From Pseudomonadota bacterium (GTDB taxonomy: Bacteria; Pseudomonadota; Alphaproteobacteria; Sphingomonadales; CAKZYD01), in assembly GCA_049324415.1 (NCBI GenBank), contig JBMOOS010000020.1, forward strand, positions 4,717-68,716: 64,000 nucleotides of DNA, read 5' to 3'. Position 1 is the stretch's first letter. Every line of letters starts with the position of its first letter. The notes under the pieces were generated by a model. It was not told where the DNA came from. It worked only from the letters and a program-made list of their open reading frames with translations, and did no database searches. Position numbers and translations under genes: made by a program. This document shows, one piece after another, positions 43,402-54,350 of this stretch.

Positions 43402-44085
43402 TCAGGATGCGCCGCACGGCGGGTTGCAGAGCGCGGGCGGCAGGACGCCAGCGCCGCTGATCGCCACCCGCCGGCCCATCACCTTCACCTGGCCCATGGC
43501 GATGAGGCGGATCGCCTCCGGGTAAATCCGGTGCTCCTCGGCGAGCACGCGCGCCGCCAGGCTTTTTACCGTGTCGCCGGCCGCCACCGGAACGACGGCC
43601 TGGATGATGATGGGGCCATCGTCGGTTTCCGCCCGCACGAAATGGACGGTGCAGCCGGTGAAGCGCACGCCCGCTTCCAAGGCCCGCTCGTGGGTGTGCA
43701 AGCCCTTGAAGGCGGGCAGCAGCGAGGGGTGGATGTTGACCAGCCGGTCACGCCAGCGGGTGACGAAACCGGGGGAAAGGATGCGCATGAAGCCGGCGAG
43801 GCAGACAAGCTCGGCGTCGATCGCCTTCAACGCGTCGTGGAGCGCGTCCTCGAAGGCGTCGCGGCTGGCGAAGTCGCGGTGCGCGACGGTCTGGGCTTGA
43901 AGGCCGGCGTGCCGGGCCCGGACAAGGCCCTTGGCGCTGGCGACATTGGCGATGACGCCAACGATCTGGGCGGGAAAATCATCGCGCGCGCAGGCCTCGA
44001 TGATCGCCTGCAAATTCGAGCCGCGTCCGGAAATGAGGACGGCAACCTTAAGTTTTCTCGTGTTCGCCTTGGCGGTGCCGGCCAT
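43402..44085 (-). CDS. purN: Phosphoribosylglycinamide formyltransferase
   Basis: ISGRGSNL, LAGFMRIL, NIHPSLLP. Confidence 0.97.
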   Translation of the reverse strand: MAGTAKANTRKLKVAVLISGRGSNLQAIIEACARDDFPAQIVGVIANVASAKGLVRARHAGLQAQTVAHRDFASRDAFEDALHDALKAIDAELVCLAGFMRILSPGFVTRWRDRLVNIHPSLLPAFKGLHTHERALEAGVRFTGCTVHFVRAETDDGPIIIQAVVPVAAGDTVKSLAARVLAEEHRIYPEAIRLIAMGQVKVMGRRVAISGAGVLPPALCNPPCGAS

Positions 44086-44086
44086 G

Positions 44087-45202
44087 TTATTGCCCCGTCG
44101 TCTTCACCGCGAAGGCGGTGTCATAGCCCCAAGCGGGGCGGGCGGCGCCGAGCTCGGCCACGGCTTCTCCTTTGCCGGGCGCGATATGCCCGATGGGCCG
44201 TATGTGTTCGCCCATGTCTTCCAAGACGGCGCTCACTTCCTCCACGTCCTCGGCGGCAAGGATGGCGACCATGCCGATGCCGCAATTGAAGGTGCGCGCC
44301 AGCTCGAAGGGGGAAAGCGCGCCCTCTTCGCGCAGCCAGGCAAAGACCGGCGGCAGGTCCCAGGCCTCGGCGTCGAGAAGGGCGCGGGTGCCTTCCGGCA
44401 AGACCCGGGGGATATTGTCGATGAGGCCGCCGCCGGTGATGTGCGCCAGCGCCTTCACCTTGCCGCCGCGGGCGGCGGCAAGGCAGCTTTTGACGTAGAT
44501 GCGGGTGGGGGTCAGCAGCGCCGCGCCCAGGCTTTGCCCGGGGGCGAAGGGGGCGGGGGCCGCGTAAGCGAGCCCTGCCTGCTCGACAAGCCGGCGCACC
44601 AGGGAAAAGCCGTTCGAATGAACGCCGCTGCTGGCAAGCCCCAGCACCACGTCGCCGGGCGCCACGCGCCGCCCGTCGATCAGCCCGCCGCGCTCCACCG
44701 CGCCGACGGCAAAGCCGGCGAGGTCATAGTCGCCGGTCTTGTAAAGGCCCGGCATTTCCGCGGTCTCGCCGCCGATCAGGGCGCAGCCGGCCTGGCGGCA
44801 GCCCTCGGCGATGCCGGCGACCACCGTGGCGGCGACCTCGACCTCAAGCTTGCCCGCGGCGTAATAATCGAGGAAAAACAACGGCTCGGCGCCCTGGACC
44901 ACCAGGTCGTTGACGCACATGGCGACAAGGTCGATGCCCACCCCATGATGGTGCCCCGCCGCCAGGGCGACCTTGAGCTTGGTGCCCACCCCATCGGTGG
45001 CGGCGATGAGGATGGGGTCGACGAAACCAGCGGCCTTGAGGTCGAACAGGGCGCCAAAGCCGCCAAGATCGGCGTCGGCACCGGCCCGGCGGGTCGCCTT
45101 GGCGAGCGGCGCGATGGCGCTGACCAGGGCGTCGCCAGCGTCGATATCGACGCCAGCCTCGGCATAGGTTAATGACGTGCGCTTATCGCCGCTGGTTGGC
45201 AC
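44087..45202 (-). CDS. purM: AIR synthase
   Basis: [30 protein letters not shown]; GTG start after AGGAG. Confidence 0.96.
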   Translation of the reverse strand: MPTSGDKRTSLTYAEAGVDIDAGDALVSAIAPLAKATRRAGADADLGGFGALFDLKAAGFVDPILIAATDGVGTKLKVALAAGHHHGVGIDLVAMCVNDLVVQGAEPLFFLDYYAAGKLEVEVAATVVAGIAEGCRQAGCALIGGETAEMPGLYKTGDYDLAGFAVGAVERGGLIDGRRVAPGDVVLGLASSGVHSNGFSLVRRLVEQAGLAYAAPAPFAPGQSLGAALLTPTRIYVKSCLAAARGGKVKALAHITGGGLIDNIPRVLPEGTRALLDAEAWDLPPVFAWLREEGALSPFELARTFNCGIGMVAILAAEDVEEVSAVLEDMGEHIRPIGHIAPGKGEAVAELGAARPAWGYDTAFAVKTTGQ

Positions 45203-45323
45203 ATGGCCCTCCTTTCGCCCTTTTATGGTCGCAGTCAATCGCGGGCGGGAGATTAGACAGAAAGGCTTCGCGATGCGACTCCCATTTCATAAAGTAACGC
45301 CGCCGCGGGAAGGGAGATCGGTA

Positions 45324-46442
45324 GTGCGCCGGGCTGCGATGGTCTTGCAAGGGTGCCTGGCGCTCCTCGCCATGGCGCCGCTGGCCGCTACCGGCGACGA
45401 GGCGACGCTGTTCTCGGTCGCCGATGTCGCGGTCGACGTCAACGCCAGCTCGGCGCGCGACGCCCGCGCCATCGCCATGCTGCAAGGCGAGCGCGCCGCC
45501 TTTAGCCGTCTGTTTCGCAAGCTGGTCGCCGAGGAGGACTGGGCCCTTGAGCCGACCCTTGCCAATGACGAGCTGGCCGCCCTGGTGCAAGGCATCGACG
45601 TCAACGACGAGCGCAGTTCGGCGACCCGCTATATGGCGCGCCTTGACGTACGCTTCGAGGCTGAAGAGGTGCGCACCCTGCTTGGCCGGCTTAAAGTCGC
45701 CTATGCCGAGACGGCGACCCGGCCGACCTTGCTGTTGCCGCTGTTCAGCTATGCCGGCGCCGAAGTGCTGTGGGGGCCGATCAATGATTGGCTTGCCGCT
45801 TGGCGCGCCTACCCCATCGGTGCCAGCCTCATAAGCTATATCTTGCCGCAAGGGGACGTGGCGGACCGGGCCTCGCTTGCCCCGCGCAACCTCGTCAACA
45901 TCCGCCCGGAGCGGCTGGAGCTGATGCTGCGGCGCTATCGCAGCGAGGACCTCATCCTCGCCCACGCCAGCCTTGGCTTCAATGCGCTCGATGGCCAGCC
46001 GCGGCTCGAGGTGGAGGTGCGGCGGGGGGTGGCGCTGGAGCCAGTCACCGCGTTCACCCTTGCCGCCTTGCCGGAAGAGCCATCCGCCGCCCTCATGACG
46101 CGGGCCATCGCCCGCATCGATCAAACCCTGTCCGAGGCCTGGAAGACCCAGGTCCTGGTGCAGTACGGCACCCAGGAGCAGATGACCGTCAGCGTGTCGA
46201 TCAGCGACTTTGCCGCCTGGCAGGACCTGCTCGCCCGCGTGCAGCGCACCGCCTTGGTGCGCCGGGTGGCGGTTGACCGGGTCAGCATGACAAGCGCCGA
46301 TCTTTCCTTTGCCTATTTCGGTGGGCTGGAGCAGCTTCGCCGCGCCTTGCGCGAGCAGGGCCTAAGCCTTGAGGAAGCGCAAGATAACGGCTGGCGCTTG
46401 CGCCTTGGCGAGGCAGGCGCGCCGCCGGCGCGGGTGCCCTGA
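45324..46442 (+). CDS. DUF2066-like exported protein
   Basis: Signal-like N-terminus; divergent from purM and upstream of an AI-2E transporter and hdaA; start uncertain. Confidence 0.7.
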   Translation: MRRAAMVLQGCLALLAMAPLAATGDEATLFSVADVAVDVNASSARDARAIAMLQGERAAFSRLFRKLVAEEDWALEPTLANDELAALVQGIDVNDERSSATRYMARLDVRFEAEEVRTLLGRLKVAYAETATRPTLLLPLFSYAGAEVLWGPINDWLAAWRAYPIGASLISYILPQGDVADRASLAPRNLVNIRPERLELMLRRYRSEDLILAHASLGFNALDGQPRLEVEVRRGVALEPVTAFTLAALPEEPSAALMTRAIARIDQTLSEAWKTQVLVQYGTQEQMTVSVSISDFAAWQDLLARVQRTALVRRVAVDRVSMTSADLSFAYFGGLEQLRRALREQGLSLEEAQDNGWRLRLGEAGAPPARVP

Positions 46443-46443
46443 C

Positions 46444-47532
46444 ATGCCGCGTTGGCTTTTCATCGGCCTTGCGGCGCTCATCCTCCTCCTCTTCGTGTTC
46501 GCGATCAAGGACGTGCTGTTGCCCTTCGTCGCCGGCCTTGCGGTGGCCTATTTCCTCGACCCCGCGGCGGATGCGTTGGAACGCCGCAAGGTGCCGCGCT
46601 GGCTTGCCGCCAGCCTCATCATCCTTGGCTTTTTCCTGGCCGCGATCGGGTTCGTCCTTGCCGTCTGGCCGCTCGCCTCGAGCCAGATCAGCGGCATCGC
46701 CGCCGCCCTCCCGGCCTATGTCGCCAAGATAAAGCCGCTCATCGTCCACCTCATGGACCAGGCGGGCCCCGAACGGGCAAGGGAGCTGGTGGGACAAGTC
46801 TCCGCCCGCCTCGCCGCCATCCTGGGCGATGCCGCCGGGTCGCTGATCAGCGGCGGTTTTGCTCTTTTCAACATCTTAAGCTTGCTGCTCATCAGCCCGG
46901 TGGTCGCCTTCTATCTCCTGCGCGACTGGGACCATATGACGGCGCGCATCGATGCCTGGCTGCCCCGCCGCCACGAGCCGACGATCAAGGCCCTCCTCCA
47001 TGAGACCGACAAGGTTCTCGCCGGCTTCGTGCGCGGGCAGATGCTGGTGGTGCTGGCCGAAGCGGTGCTTTATGCGCTGGGCTGGACGCTTCTGGGCCTT
47101 GATTATGGCCTTGTTCTCGGCCTTCTGGCCGGCCTTCTTGCCTTCATCCCCTTCGTCGGGCCGCTTTTCGCCGCCGGCCTGTCGCTCATCATCGCCTTTG
47201 GCCAGTTTGGCGCCGATTATTGGATGCTGGCGGCGGTCTTCAGCGTGTTCCTCATCGTCCAGGCCATCGAGGGGATGGTCCTCCAGCCCCGCTTCATCGG
47301 CGGGCGGGTCGGCCTCCATGCGGTGTGGGTGCTTTTCGCCGTCTTTGCCGGCGGCGAGTTGATGGGCTTTGTCGGAGTGCTCATCGCCTTGCCGGTGGCG
47401 GCGGTGGTGGCGGTGCTCGCCCGCTTTGCCTTGCAGCGTTACCTTGCGAGTAACCTTTATGGGGCAACCCGCCACGAGGCTGCGGCGCCGCCCTCGGCTG
47501 GCCGGCGCGATGACGCGGGCCCACCGCCATGA
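46444..47532 (+). CDS. AI-2E (PerM) family transporter
   Basis: AYFLDP, FYLLRDW, IPFVG, QAIEG...QPRFIG. Confidence 0.9.
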   Translation: MPRWLFIGLAALILLLFVFAIKDVLLPFVAGLAVAYFLDPAADALERRKVPRWLAASLIILGFFLAAIGFVLAVWPLASSQISGIAAALPAYVAKIKPLIVHLMDQAGPERARELVGQVSARLAAILGDAAGSLISGGFALFNILSLLLISPVVAFYLLRDWDHMTARIDAWLPRRHEPTIKALLHETDKVLAGFVRGQMLVVLAEAVLYALGWTLLGLDYGLVLGLLAGLLAFIPFVGPLFAAGLSLIIAFGQFGADYWMLAAVFSVFLIVQAIEGMVLQPRFIGGRVGLHAVWVLFAVFAGGELMGFVGVLIALPVAAVVAVLARFALQRYLASNLYGATRHEAAAPPSAGRRDDAGPPP

Positions 47533-48194
47533 CCCAGCTCGTTCTTCCCTTGCCCCACAGGCCGGCCTTGGGGCGGGAGGATTTCCTCGTCTCCGCCGCC
47601 AATCAAAACGCCGTGGCCTGGGTCGACCGCTGGCCCGACTGGCCCAACCGCTGCCTGGCGCTCCATGGCCCGCAAGGCTGTGGTAAAAGCCATTTGGGCG
47701 AGGTGCACCGCGCGCGAAGCGGTGCCGTGCGCCTTGCCGCCCGCGACCTGGCAAGGGCGCGCATCCAGTCGCTGACCCACGTCGTCATCGAGGATGGCCC
47801 GCCCGACCCTCAAGGGGAGGCGGCGCTTTTCCACCTCATCAACTGGCTGCGCGAGACCGGGGGGAGCCTCCTTCTCAGCGGGCGCCCGCCGCCCGCCGAA
47901 TGGCCTGTGGGGTTGCCAGACCTCGCCTCGCGCCTCAAGGCGATGACCGCGGTGGCGATCGACAGACCTGACGATGCGCTGCTTGAAGCCATGCTGGTCA
48001 AGCTGTTCGCCGACCGCCAGATCACCATCGACAAGGCGGTGATCGACTATTTGCTGCGGGTGATGGAGCGCTCTTTCGCCGCCGTGCAGGATATCGTCGG
48101 GCGGCTGGACGAGGCGGCGCTTGCCCGCCAGCAACGCATCACCGTGCCTTTGGTGCGCCGGCTTTTGCGCCCCAAGCAAGAAGACGCCGGCTGA
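47529..48194 (+). CDS. hdaA: DnaA regulatory inactivator HdaA
   Basis: N-terminal clamp motif QLVLPL, GPQGCGKSHL, DLASRL, ERS. Confidence 0.88.
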   Translation: MTQLVLPLPHRPALGREDFLVSAANQNAVAWVDRWPDWPNRCLALHGPQGCGKSHLGEVHRARSGAVRLAARDLARARIQSLTHVVIEDGPPDPQGEAALFHLINWLRETGGSLLLSGRPPPAEWPVGLPDLASRLKAMTAVAIDRPDDALLEAMLVKLFADRQITIDKAVIDYLLRVMERSFAAVQDIVGRLDEAALARQQRITVPLVRRLLRPKQEDAG

Positions 48195-48270
48195 TTGGTC
48201 ATAATCCGTCCATATCTTTGGTCTAGTGTGCAAAAAATCAACTTATGCCTCTAAGGACTATGGATTCCCG

Positions 48271-50445
48271 GTGTCGCCTTCCAAAACAGAAGCGGTTCAT
48301 GCAGCGCCTACGGCAGCGAACAATGCCCGCTTAGCCGCGCCCGCCACCCGCTATATCAACCGCGAATTGTCCTGGCTCGCCTTCAACATGCGGGTTTTGG
48401 AGGAGGCGGACAATCCCAGCCATCCGGTGTTGGAGCGGCTGCGCTTTCTCGCCATTTCCGGGTCCAACCTCGATGAGTTTTACATGGTCCGGGTGGCGGG
48501 GCTGAAAAGCCAGGTGGACGCCGGGATCGCGCTGGTCTCGGCCGACGGCATGACCCCGGCCCAGCAATTGGCGCACATCCATGACAAGACCGAGGAGCTG
48601 ATGGCGGCCCAGCAGGCCCATTGGGAAAAGTTGCGCGCGGAGATGGCGGCGGCCGGCATCGCCGTTCTTGGTCAAAACGATGTCGCGCCGGGCGAACGCG
48701 ACTGGCTTCAAGGCTTTTTTCTGGAGCAGATATTTCCTATTCTGACCCCGCTCGCCATCGACCCGGCGCACCCCTTTCCCTTCATTCCCAATCTTGGCTT
48801 TGCCCTGGTCCTCGATCTGCGCCGGCGGGCCGACGGCACGGCCTTGAACGCGCTTTTGCCGCTGCCCAATCACCAAGTGGGGCGTTTCTTCCGCCTGCCC
48901 GGCGACGGCGCCCGCTTCATTTCTCTGGAATCCCTCGTGGGCCTGTTCCTCGACCAGCTTTTTCCCGGTTATGACGTGCGCGGCCATGGCGCCTTCCGCA
49001 TCATCCGCGACAGCGAGATCGAGATCGAGGAAGAGGCGGAAGACCTGGTCCGCGTCTTCGAGACGCTGTTGCAGCGGCGCCGGCGGGGCAATGTCATCCG
49101 CCTCAAGATCGAGGCCGGCATGCCGCAGAACCTCAAGCGGCTGATCGTGCGCGAGCTGAATGTGGATGAAAAGGACCTGGTCACGGTCTCCGGCATTCTC
49201 GGGATCAACGAGCTGGAGCAGCTCATCGTCGATGACCGGCCGGACTTGAAGTTCAAGCCCTATAATCCGCGCTTTCCCGAGCGTATTCGCGACCATGGCG
49301 GCGATTGCTTCGCCGCCATCCGCAAGAAGGACCTGGTGGTCCATCACCCTTATGAGAGCTTCGAGGTGGTGCTCTCCTTCCTGCGCCAGGCGGCGGCCGA
49401 CCCTAATGTGGTGGCGATCAAGCAGACGCTTTACCGCGCCGGCAAGCAGTCGCCCATCATCCGGGCGCTCATCGAGGCGGCGGAAGCGGGCAAGTCGGTG
49501 ACCGCGGTGGTGGAATTGAAAGCGCGTTTCGATGAGGAGCAGAACATCAAATGGGCGCGCGATCTGGAGCGCGCCGGCGTCCAGGTGGTCTACGGCTTCA
49601 TCGAGCTCAAGACCCACGCCAAGGTGTCCCTGGTGGTGCGCCGCGAAGGCAATAATTTACGCACCTACGCCCATTTCGGCACCGGCAACTACCATCCGGT
49701 GACGGCGCGTTTTTACACCGATCTCAGCTTTTTCACCGCCGATCCCAGCCTGGGCCGCGACGCGGCCAAGCTTTTCAATTACATCACCGGCTATGTGCAG
49801 CCGCCCGAGCTGGAAGGGCTCGCCATGTCGCCCTTCGGCATCCGGCGCCAGCTGATCGCCCTTATCGAGGCGGAAATCGCCCGCGCCAGGGAAGGCCGGC
49901 CGGCGGCGATCTGGGCCAAGATGAACAGCCTCGTCGACAGCCAGATCATCGACAAGCTTTACGAAGCGAGCGCCGCCGGCGTCACGATCGACCTCATCGT
50001 GCGCGGCATCTGCTGCCTGCGCCCGGGCGTTCCCGGCCTGTCCGAGCATATCCGGGTGAAAAGCGTCGTCGGCCGCTTCCTCGAGCATAGCCGCATCGTC
50101 TGCTTCGCCAATGGCGAGGCGCTGCCCTCACGCCGGGCGCTGGTCTATATCTCGTCGGCCGACTGGATGCCGCGCAATTTCGACCGCCGGGTCGAGACCC
50201 TGGTGCCGATCAACAACCCAACGGTGCATGCGCAAATCCTCGACCAGGTGATGGTCGCCAATCTGAAGGACAATCAGCAAAGCTGGCGGCTTGATGGAGC
50301 GACCGGCGCTTATACCCGTGCCGCCCCCGACGGCGCCGCCTTCAACCTCCACGCCTATTTCATGAACAACCCTTCCCTGTCGGGCCGGGGCGAAGCGCTT
50401 TCCGATCCCGCCATGGTGCCCCATCTGGTGCTCGACCGGCGCTAA
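48271..50445 (+). CDS. ppk1: Polyphosphate kinase 1
   Basis: [36 protein letters not shown]; start uncertain. Confidence 0.96.
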   Translation: MSPSKTEAVHAAPTAANNARLAAPATRYINRELSWLAFNMRVLEEADNPSHPVLERLRFLAISGSNLDEFYMVRVAGLKSQVDAGIALVSADGMTPAQQLAHIHDKTEELMAAQQAHWEKLRAEMAAAGIAVLGQNDVAPGERDWLQGFFLEQIFPILTPLAIDPAHPFPFIPNLGFALVLDLRRRADGTALNALLPLPNHQVGRFFRLPGDGARFISLESLVGLFLDQLFPGYDVRGHGAFRIIRDSEIEIEEEAEDLVRVFETLLQRRRRGNVIRLKIEAGMPQNLKRLIVRELNVDEKDLVTVSGILGINELEQLIVDDRPDLKFKPYNPRFPERIRDHGGDCFAAIRKKDLVVHHPYESFEVVLSFLRQAAADPNVVAIKQTLYRAGKQSPIIRALIEAAEAGKSVTAVVELKARFDEEQNIKWARDLERAGVQVVYGFIELKTHAKVSLVVRREGNNLRTYAHFGTGNYHPVTARFYTDLSFFTADPSLGRDAAKLFNYITGYVQPPELEGLAMSPFGIRRQLIALIEAEIARAREGRPAAIWAKMNSLVDSQIIDKLYEASAAGVTIDLIVRGICCLRPGVPGLSEHIRVKSVVGRFLEHSRIVCFANGEALPSRRALVYISSADWMPRNFDRRVETLVPINNPTVHAQILDQVMVANLKDNQQSWRLDGATGAYTRAAPDGAAFNLHAYFMNNPSLSGRGEALSDPAMVPHLVLDRR

Positions 50446-50533
50446 ATTGAGCGCGCGAATTTAGGGCTTCAAACCGCCCGTGCCCTCGGCTATCCCTAAG
50501 CCTGCGAGCCAATGAACAGCGCAAGGGGGAGCC

Positions 50534-52054
50534 GTGGGCGCCGCAGCGATCGATGAGACCCCGTCCACGGGACGCGCGTCCCTTCCCATCGGCATTATCG
50601 ACATCGGCTCCAACTCCGTGCGCATGGTGGTCTATGAAGGGCTGCGCCGCAGCCCCCATGTGCTGTTCAACGAAAAGGCGATGTGCGGGCTGGGCCGCGA
50701 CTTGTCCAACTCCAACCGCTTGCCCGAGGATGGGGTGGCGTGCGCCCTCGATATCCTGGCGCGCTTTGCCCATCTTGCCCGCGACATGGGGCTGGCGCAT
50801 CTCGAAGCGGCAGCGACCTCGGCGGTGCGCGACGCGGTGAACGGGCCGGCCTTCGTCGCAGCAGCGCGGCAGCGCTGCGGCCTTCTATTGCGGGTGCTGA
50901 CCGGCGAGGAGGAAGCGCGCTACGCCGCCTATGGCGTCATTTCCGGCATCCCCGACGCCGATGGCATCGTTGGCGACCTGGGCGGCGGCAGCCTTGAGCT
51001 GGTCCGGGTGGCGGGGGGCGAGGCGTTCGAGCGCGCCACCTTGCCGATCGGCCCGCTCCGCCTTCTTGGCGATAAAAAACTGGACGGGCGCCAGCGCGCC
51101 GCCCTGGTGCGCAGCGCGGTGCGCGCCATTCCCTGGCTCGGGGCTTGCGCTGGCAAGCCGCTCTATCTGGTGGGCGGGGCCTGGCGGGCGCTGGCGCGGG
51201 CGCACATGCAGCGTGCCCGTTACCCCTTGAAGGTGGTGCATGAATACAGGCTGAGCCCCGCGGTGATAAAGGAGGCCGTCACTTGGGCGGCGGCGCTCGC
51301 CAAGAAGCCCAAGCGCTGCGCCATCGCGGTGCCGGAAAAGCGCTTGCCCGCCTTGCCGCTGGCGGCGCGTATCTTGAACGAATTGATGGCGGCGAGCGGC
51401 GCCTCGGGCGCCATCGTCTCCGCCCTCGGCGTGCGCGAGGGCCTGCTTTACGAGCGCCTGCCTTCAGCGGTCAAGGCCCAGGACCCCTTTATCGAGGCGT
51501 GCGAGGAAATGGCCGCGCGCCTAAGCCGCTTCCCCGACCATGGCGAGCTGTTGATGGCGTGGCTCGACCCCTTGTTCGGGGAAGGGGAGGACGCCGGCGA
51601 GCGGCGCTTGCGGCGGGGCATTTGCCTGTTGAGCGACATCGGCTGGCGCGGCCACCCCGATTTTCGCGCCGAGGCGGTGCTTTACGATTCGCTCTATGGC
51701 TGGTTCGTCGGCATCGATGCCCGCGGCCGGGCGATGCTCGGCCTTGCGCTTTTCGTCTGTTATGGCGCCTCGCCCAGCCATCCCAATGCGCAAGCCGCGG
51801 CGCGCCTGCTCACCTCTGCCGACCGGGCGCGCGCCATCGCCATCGGCAGCGCCCTGCGCCTGGCGCAGCGTCTCAGCGGCGGCACCGCCCCGCCGCTCGC
51901 CAACAGCCGCCTGGAAGCGCGGGGGAAAAAGCTTATCCTCAGCCTTGCCGAGGGCCATGCCCCGCTGATGGGCGAGGTGGTGCGGCGCCGCCTCGCCGCG
52001 CTGGCCGGGGTTTTGCAGCTCAGCCCCGAGGTCCGCGTGGCACGCCTGCCCTAG
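50534..52054 (+). CDS. ppx: Ppx/GppA exopolyphosphatase
   Basis: IDIGSNSVR, DLGGGSLEL, GVREG; stop codon lies in the CTAG of a family A repeat. Confidence 0.92.
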   Translation: MGAAAIDETPSTGRASLPIGIIDIGSNSVRMVVYEGLRRSPHVLFNEKAMCGLGRDLSNSNRLPEDGVACALDILARFAHLARDMGLAHLEAAATSAVRDAVNGPAFVAAARQRCGLLLRVLTGEEEARYAAYGVISGIPDADGIVGDLGGGSLELVRVAGGEAFERATLPIGPLRLLGDKKLDGRQRAALVRSAVRAIPWLGACAGKPLYLVGGAWRALARAHMQRARYPLKVVHEYRLSPAVIKEAVTWAAALAKKPKRCAIAVPEKRLPALPLAARILNELMAASGASGAIVSALGVREGLLYERLPSAVKAQDPFIEACEEMAARLSRFPDHGELLMAWLDPLFGEGEDAGERRLRRGICLLSDIGWRGHPDFRAEAVLYDSLYGWFVGIDARGRAMLGLALFVCYGASPSHPNAQAAARLLTSADRARAIAIGSALRLAQRLSGGTAPPLANSRLEARGKKLILSLAEGHAPLMGEVVRRRLAALAGVLQLSPEVRVARLP

Positions 52055-52172
52055 TGGTGCGATTCCAACAGATGGTTCCCATCTGTTGGAGAAATCGCAC
52101 CACAGATTCACTAACTTAAGTGGTCCACTTTTCCCAAGCGGATGGATTTATCCGTTTGGGGCGGACCACTAG
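52051..52172 (+). repeat. Family A palindromic element (122 bp)
   Basis: 2 substitutions relative to the consensus. Confidence 0.95.
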
Positions 52173-52241
52173 GTCCGGCGCCGAGGCGCGTGTAGGCGTG
52201 GTCTCAGCCGGGCAGGTTTTGGGCGCGCTCGATGATTGGCG

Positions 52242-52277
52242 AAAAAAAAGCCCAAGCGATGATCGCCTGGGCTTTTT
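52242..52277. terminator. Bidirectional intrinsic terminator downstream of tRNA-Asn
   Basis: AAAAAAAAGCCCAAGCGAT-G-ATCGCCTGGGCTTTTT. Confidence 0.8.
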
Positions 52278-52283
52278 ATGAAC

Positions 52284-52358
52284 TGGCTCCCCGGGCCGGA
52301 TTCGAACCAGCGACCAACCGGTTAACAGCCGGTTGCTCTACCACTGAGCTACCGGGGA
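52284..52358 (-). tRNA. tRNA-Asn (GTT)
   Basis: TCCCCGG...ACCGG-CTGTTAA-CCGGT...GGGGAGCCA. Confidence 0.97.
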
Positions 52359-52445
52359 TCAGGTGGTGGCGGGCTATATATCAAGCCCTAGTGCTGATGC
52401 CAACACGCTATTTTCGCCTTTGCGGCCAAACGGCCTTGCCTGGTC

Positions 52446-53015
52446 TCAACGCTCGATCCGGCTGATTTTGGAGCCTTCCAGGGACAAGTTATACATCAGG
52501 CCCTTGTTGTTGAATATGAAGCCCAAAATCGGCGCGTTCATCGCCGTGCTGTCGATGCTGCCGCCGGCGCCGACGCTGATCAGCGCGACGGAGCCGTCGA
52601 CGCCCACTTCCCAGCCATCGCTGTTGCGGAATTTATCGAGCGCGCCCGGGTCCATGAACAACAGCATCTGGGTGCGGGCTTGAGCCCCCAGTTGCAAGCC
52701 GATGGAGGCGGCGAAGGTGGAATAATAGGCCGCCGGCTTGCCGCCGATCAAAAGGGCGCCCTCGCCATATTCGCCGCCGATGCCGATCCCGGCTTTCTTC
52801 ACGCTGGGAAAGACGAGGACGCCGGAAGCACGGCCCAGCAAATCGTTGCCGCCGGTGATCTTGGCGGCGAACAAGTCCAGCGCCTCGGCGACCCGCCGGT
52901 CGATCTTTTCCCTGGAAGCCGCGGCGGCATCGCCGGTAACGCTCAGCAGCGCGATATGAAGGGCGAGAAAGGCGGACAACAGCCTCATGGCGCCGACGAT
53001 GGTCCGTCGCATCAT
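52446..53015 (-). CDS. YSC84/SYLF-like exported protein
   Basis: Signal peptide; LVFPSVKKAGIGIGGEYGEG, SIGLQLGAQ, GLMYNLSLEGSKI. Confidence 0.85.
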   Translation of the reverse strand: MMRRTIVGAMRLLSAFLALHIALLSVTGDAAAASREKIDRRVAEALDLFAAKITGGNDLLGRASGVLVFPSVKKAGIGIGGEYGEGALLIGGKPAAYYSTFAASIGLQLGAQARTQMLLFMDPGALDKFRNSDGWEVGVDGSVALISVGAGGSIDSTAMNAPILGFIFNNKGLMYNLSLEGSKISRIER

Positions 53016-53093
53016 GGCTTTCCTGCTTAAGCTCACCAAGGTCAGGGGATCGTAGCACAAGAGCAGGGCTCGGCAAGCCACTGTCGGGCCAAT

Positions 53094-53167
53094 TGGAGGC
53101 GCGGACCGGAATCGAACCGGTGTGCAAGGATTTGCAGTCCTCTGCGTAGCCACTCCGCCACCGCGCC
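53094..53167 (-). tRNA. tRNA-Cys (GCA)
   Basis: GGCGCGG...GAGGA-CTGCAAA-TCCTT...CCGCGCCTCCA. Confidence 0.97.
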
Positions 53168-53176
53168 TTAAAGCCA

Positions 53177-53282
53177 CTAGAGCAAAATGCGTTTTATCAG
53201 AATCGCCGTTTTGCTCCAGGTCTTTGTTCTTATCGCATTTTCTACAACCAGCCGGGATCCGTTTGGTTGGAAAATGCTCTAG
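53177..53282 (+). repeat. Family B CTAG-bounded two-arm element (106 bp; RIME/Bru-RS-like)
   Basis: CTAGAGCAAAA..TTTTGCTCCAG linker GCATTTTC..GAAAATGCTCTAG; terminal inverted repeat CTAGAGCA. Confidence 0.85.
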
Positions 53283-53400
53283 TGGTGCGATTCCAACGGA
53301 TGGTTCCCATCTGTTGGAGAAATCGCACCACAGGTTCACTAACTTACGTGGTCCACTTTTCCCAAACGGATGGATTTATCCGTTTGGGGCGGACCACTAG
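53279..53400 (+). repeat. Family A palindromic element (122 bp), sharing its left CTAG with family B
   Basis: 2 linker substitutions relative to the consensus. Confidence 0.95.
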
Positions 53401-53409
53401 GGCCGCGCG

Positions 53410-53438
53410 GCTATAGCAAAGCTTGAGCTCTTGGGCAA
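53410..53438 (-). promoter_or_regulatory. Putative sigma-70 promoter of tRNA-Cys
   Basis: Minus strand TTGCCC-N17-TATAGC followed by a GC-rich discriminator CGCGCGGCC. Confidence 0.7.
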
Positions 53439-53585
53439 CGGCACAAGCCGCGCCGCGCCTCTTTCCTGCCTCCCTTGTGCATTTTGTCGCAGCCACGGCA
53501 CTTTCGACCAGGACGAGCGTTGCCAAACATGTATCGGTCCGGTATAAGTCCGGGCAATTCGCACCCCATTGGGAAAGGACCCGCC

Positions 53586-54239
53586 ATGGCCGATGCCGCC
53601 TGCTTGCGCACCACGATGATCAGCGGCCAGCTATTGCCCAACAAAGTGACCGATGGGCGCGTCATTCAGGCGTTGAAAGCGGTGCCGCGGGAGCATTTCG
53701 TCCCCAAGGCGCTGCGCTCGCTTGCTTATATCGATGAGGATATCGAGGTCGCGCCCGGCCGGTATCTGCTCGAGCCCATGGTTTTCGCCCGCCTTGTTGA
53801 AGAAGCGAAGATTGCGTCGGGCGATCTCGTGCTCGACCTCAATTGCGCCAGCGGCTATTCGACGGCGGTGCTGGCGCAGCTCGCTGGCACGGTCCTTGCG
53901 GTCGAGCCGGACGAAGACTTGGCGCGCCTGGCGAGTGAAAACCTGCTTGCCCTTGAAATCGGCAACGCCGCCGTGGTCGCCGGCCAGCCGCAGGAAGGCT
54001 ATGCCAAGGAAGCCCCCTATGACGTGATCATGTTGAATGGCGCGATCGACTATCTGCCGCCAGCCTTGGTCGCGCAAGTTAAGGACGGCGGGCGCATCGC
54101 TGGCGTGCGCATGGATAAGGGCGTTGGCCGCGGCTTTATCGCCACCAAGGTGAGGGGGACGCTGGGCGTTGTCGACTTCATGGATGCCAATGTCCCGATC
54201 CTGGCCGGATTTACCCAGCCGAAGGGTTTCCAATTTTAA
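53586..54239 (+). CDS. pcm: Protein-L-isoaspartate O-methyltransferase family
   Basis: VPREHFVP, AYIDEDI, SGYSTAVLA, APYDVI. Confidence 0.88.
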   Translation: MADAACLRTTMISGQLLPNKVTDGRVIQALKAVPREHFVPKALRSLAYIDEDIEVAPGRYLLEPMVFARLVEEAKIASGDLVLDLNCASGYSTAVLAQLAGTVLAVEPDEDLARLASENLLALEIGNAAVVAGQPQEGYAKEAPYDVIMLNGAIDYLPPALVAQVKDGGRIAGVRMDKGVGRGFIATKVRGTLGVVDFMDANVPILAGFTQPKGFQF

Positions 54240-54350
54240 CCTCGTAATTCGTAGCATATGTGGCGCAGCAAGGCCTTGATGACCGGGATAAACCGCTTTG
54301 GTGGCTAGGATCAGTCTTCGGGCGCGCGAACTTCAGGGGGAAATCTGACT

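Noticed and set aside
38193-53339. ORFs starting MNLWCDFSNRWEPSVGIAPL (38582, 52111, 53339)
   Set aside because: Translation of the family A repeat itself; the 53339 call wrongly extends the YSC84-like gene through tRNA-Cys
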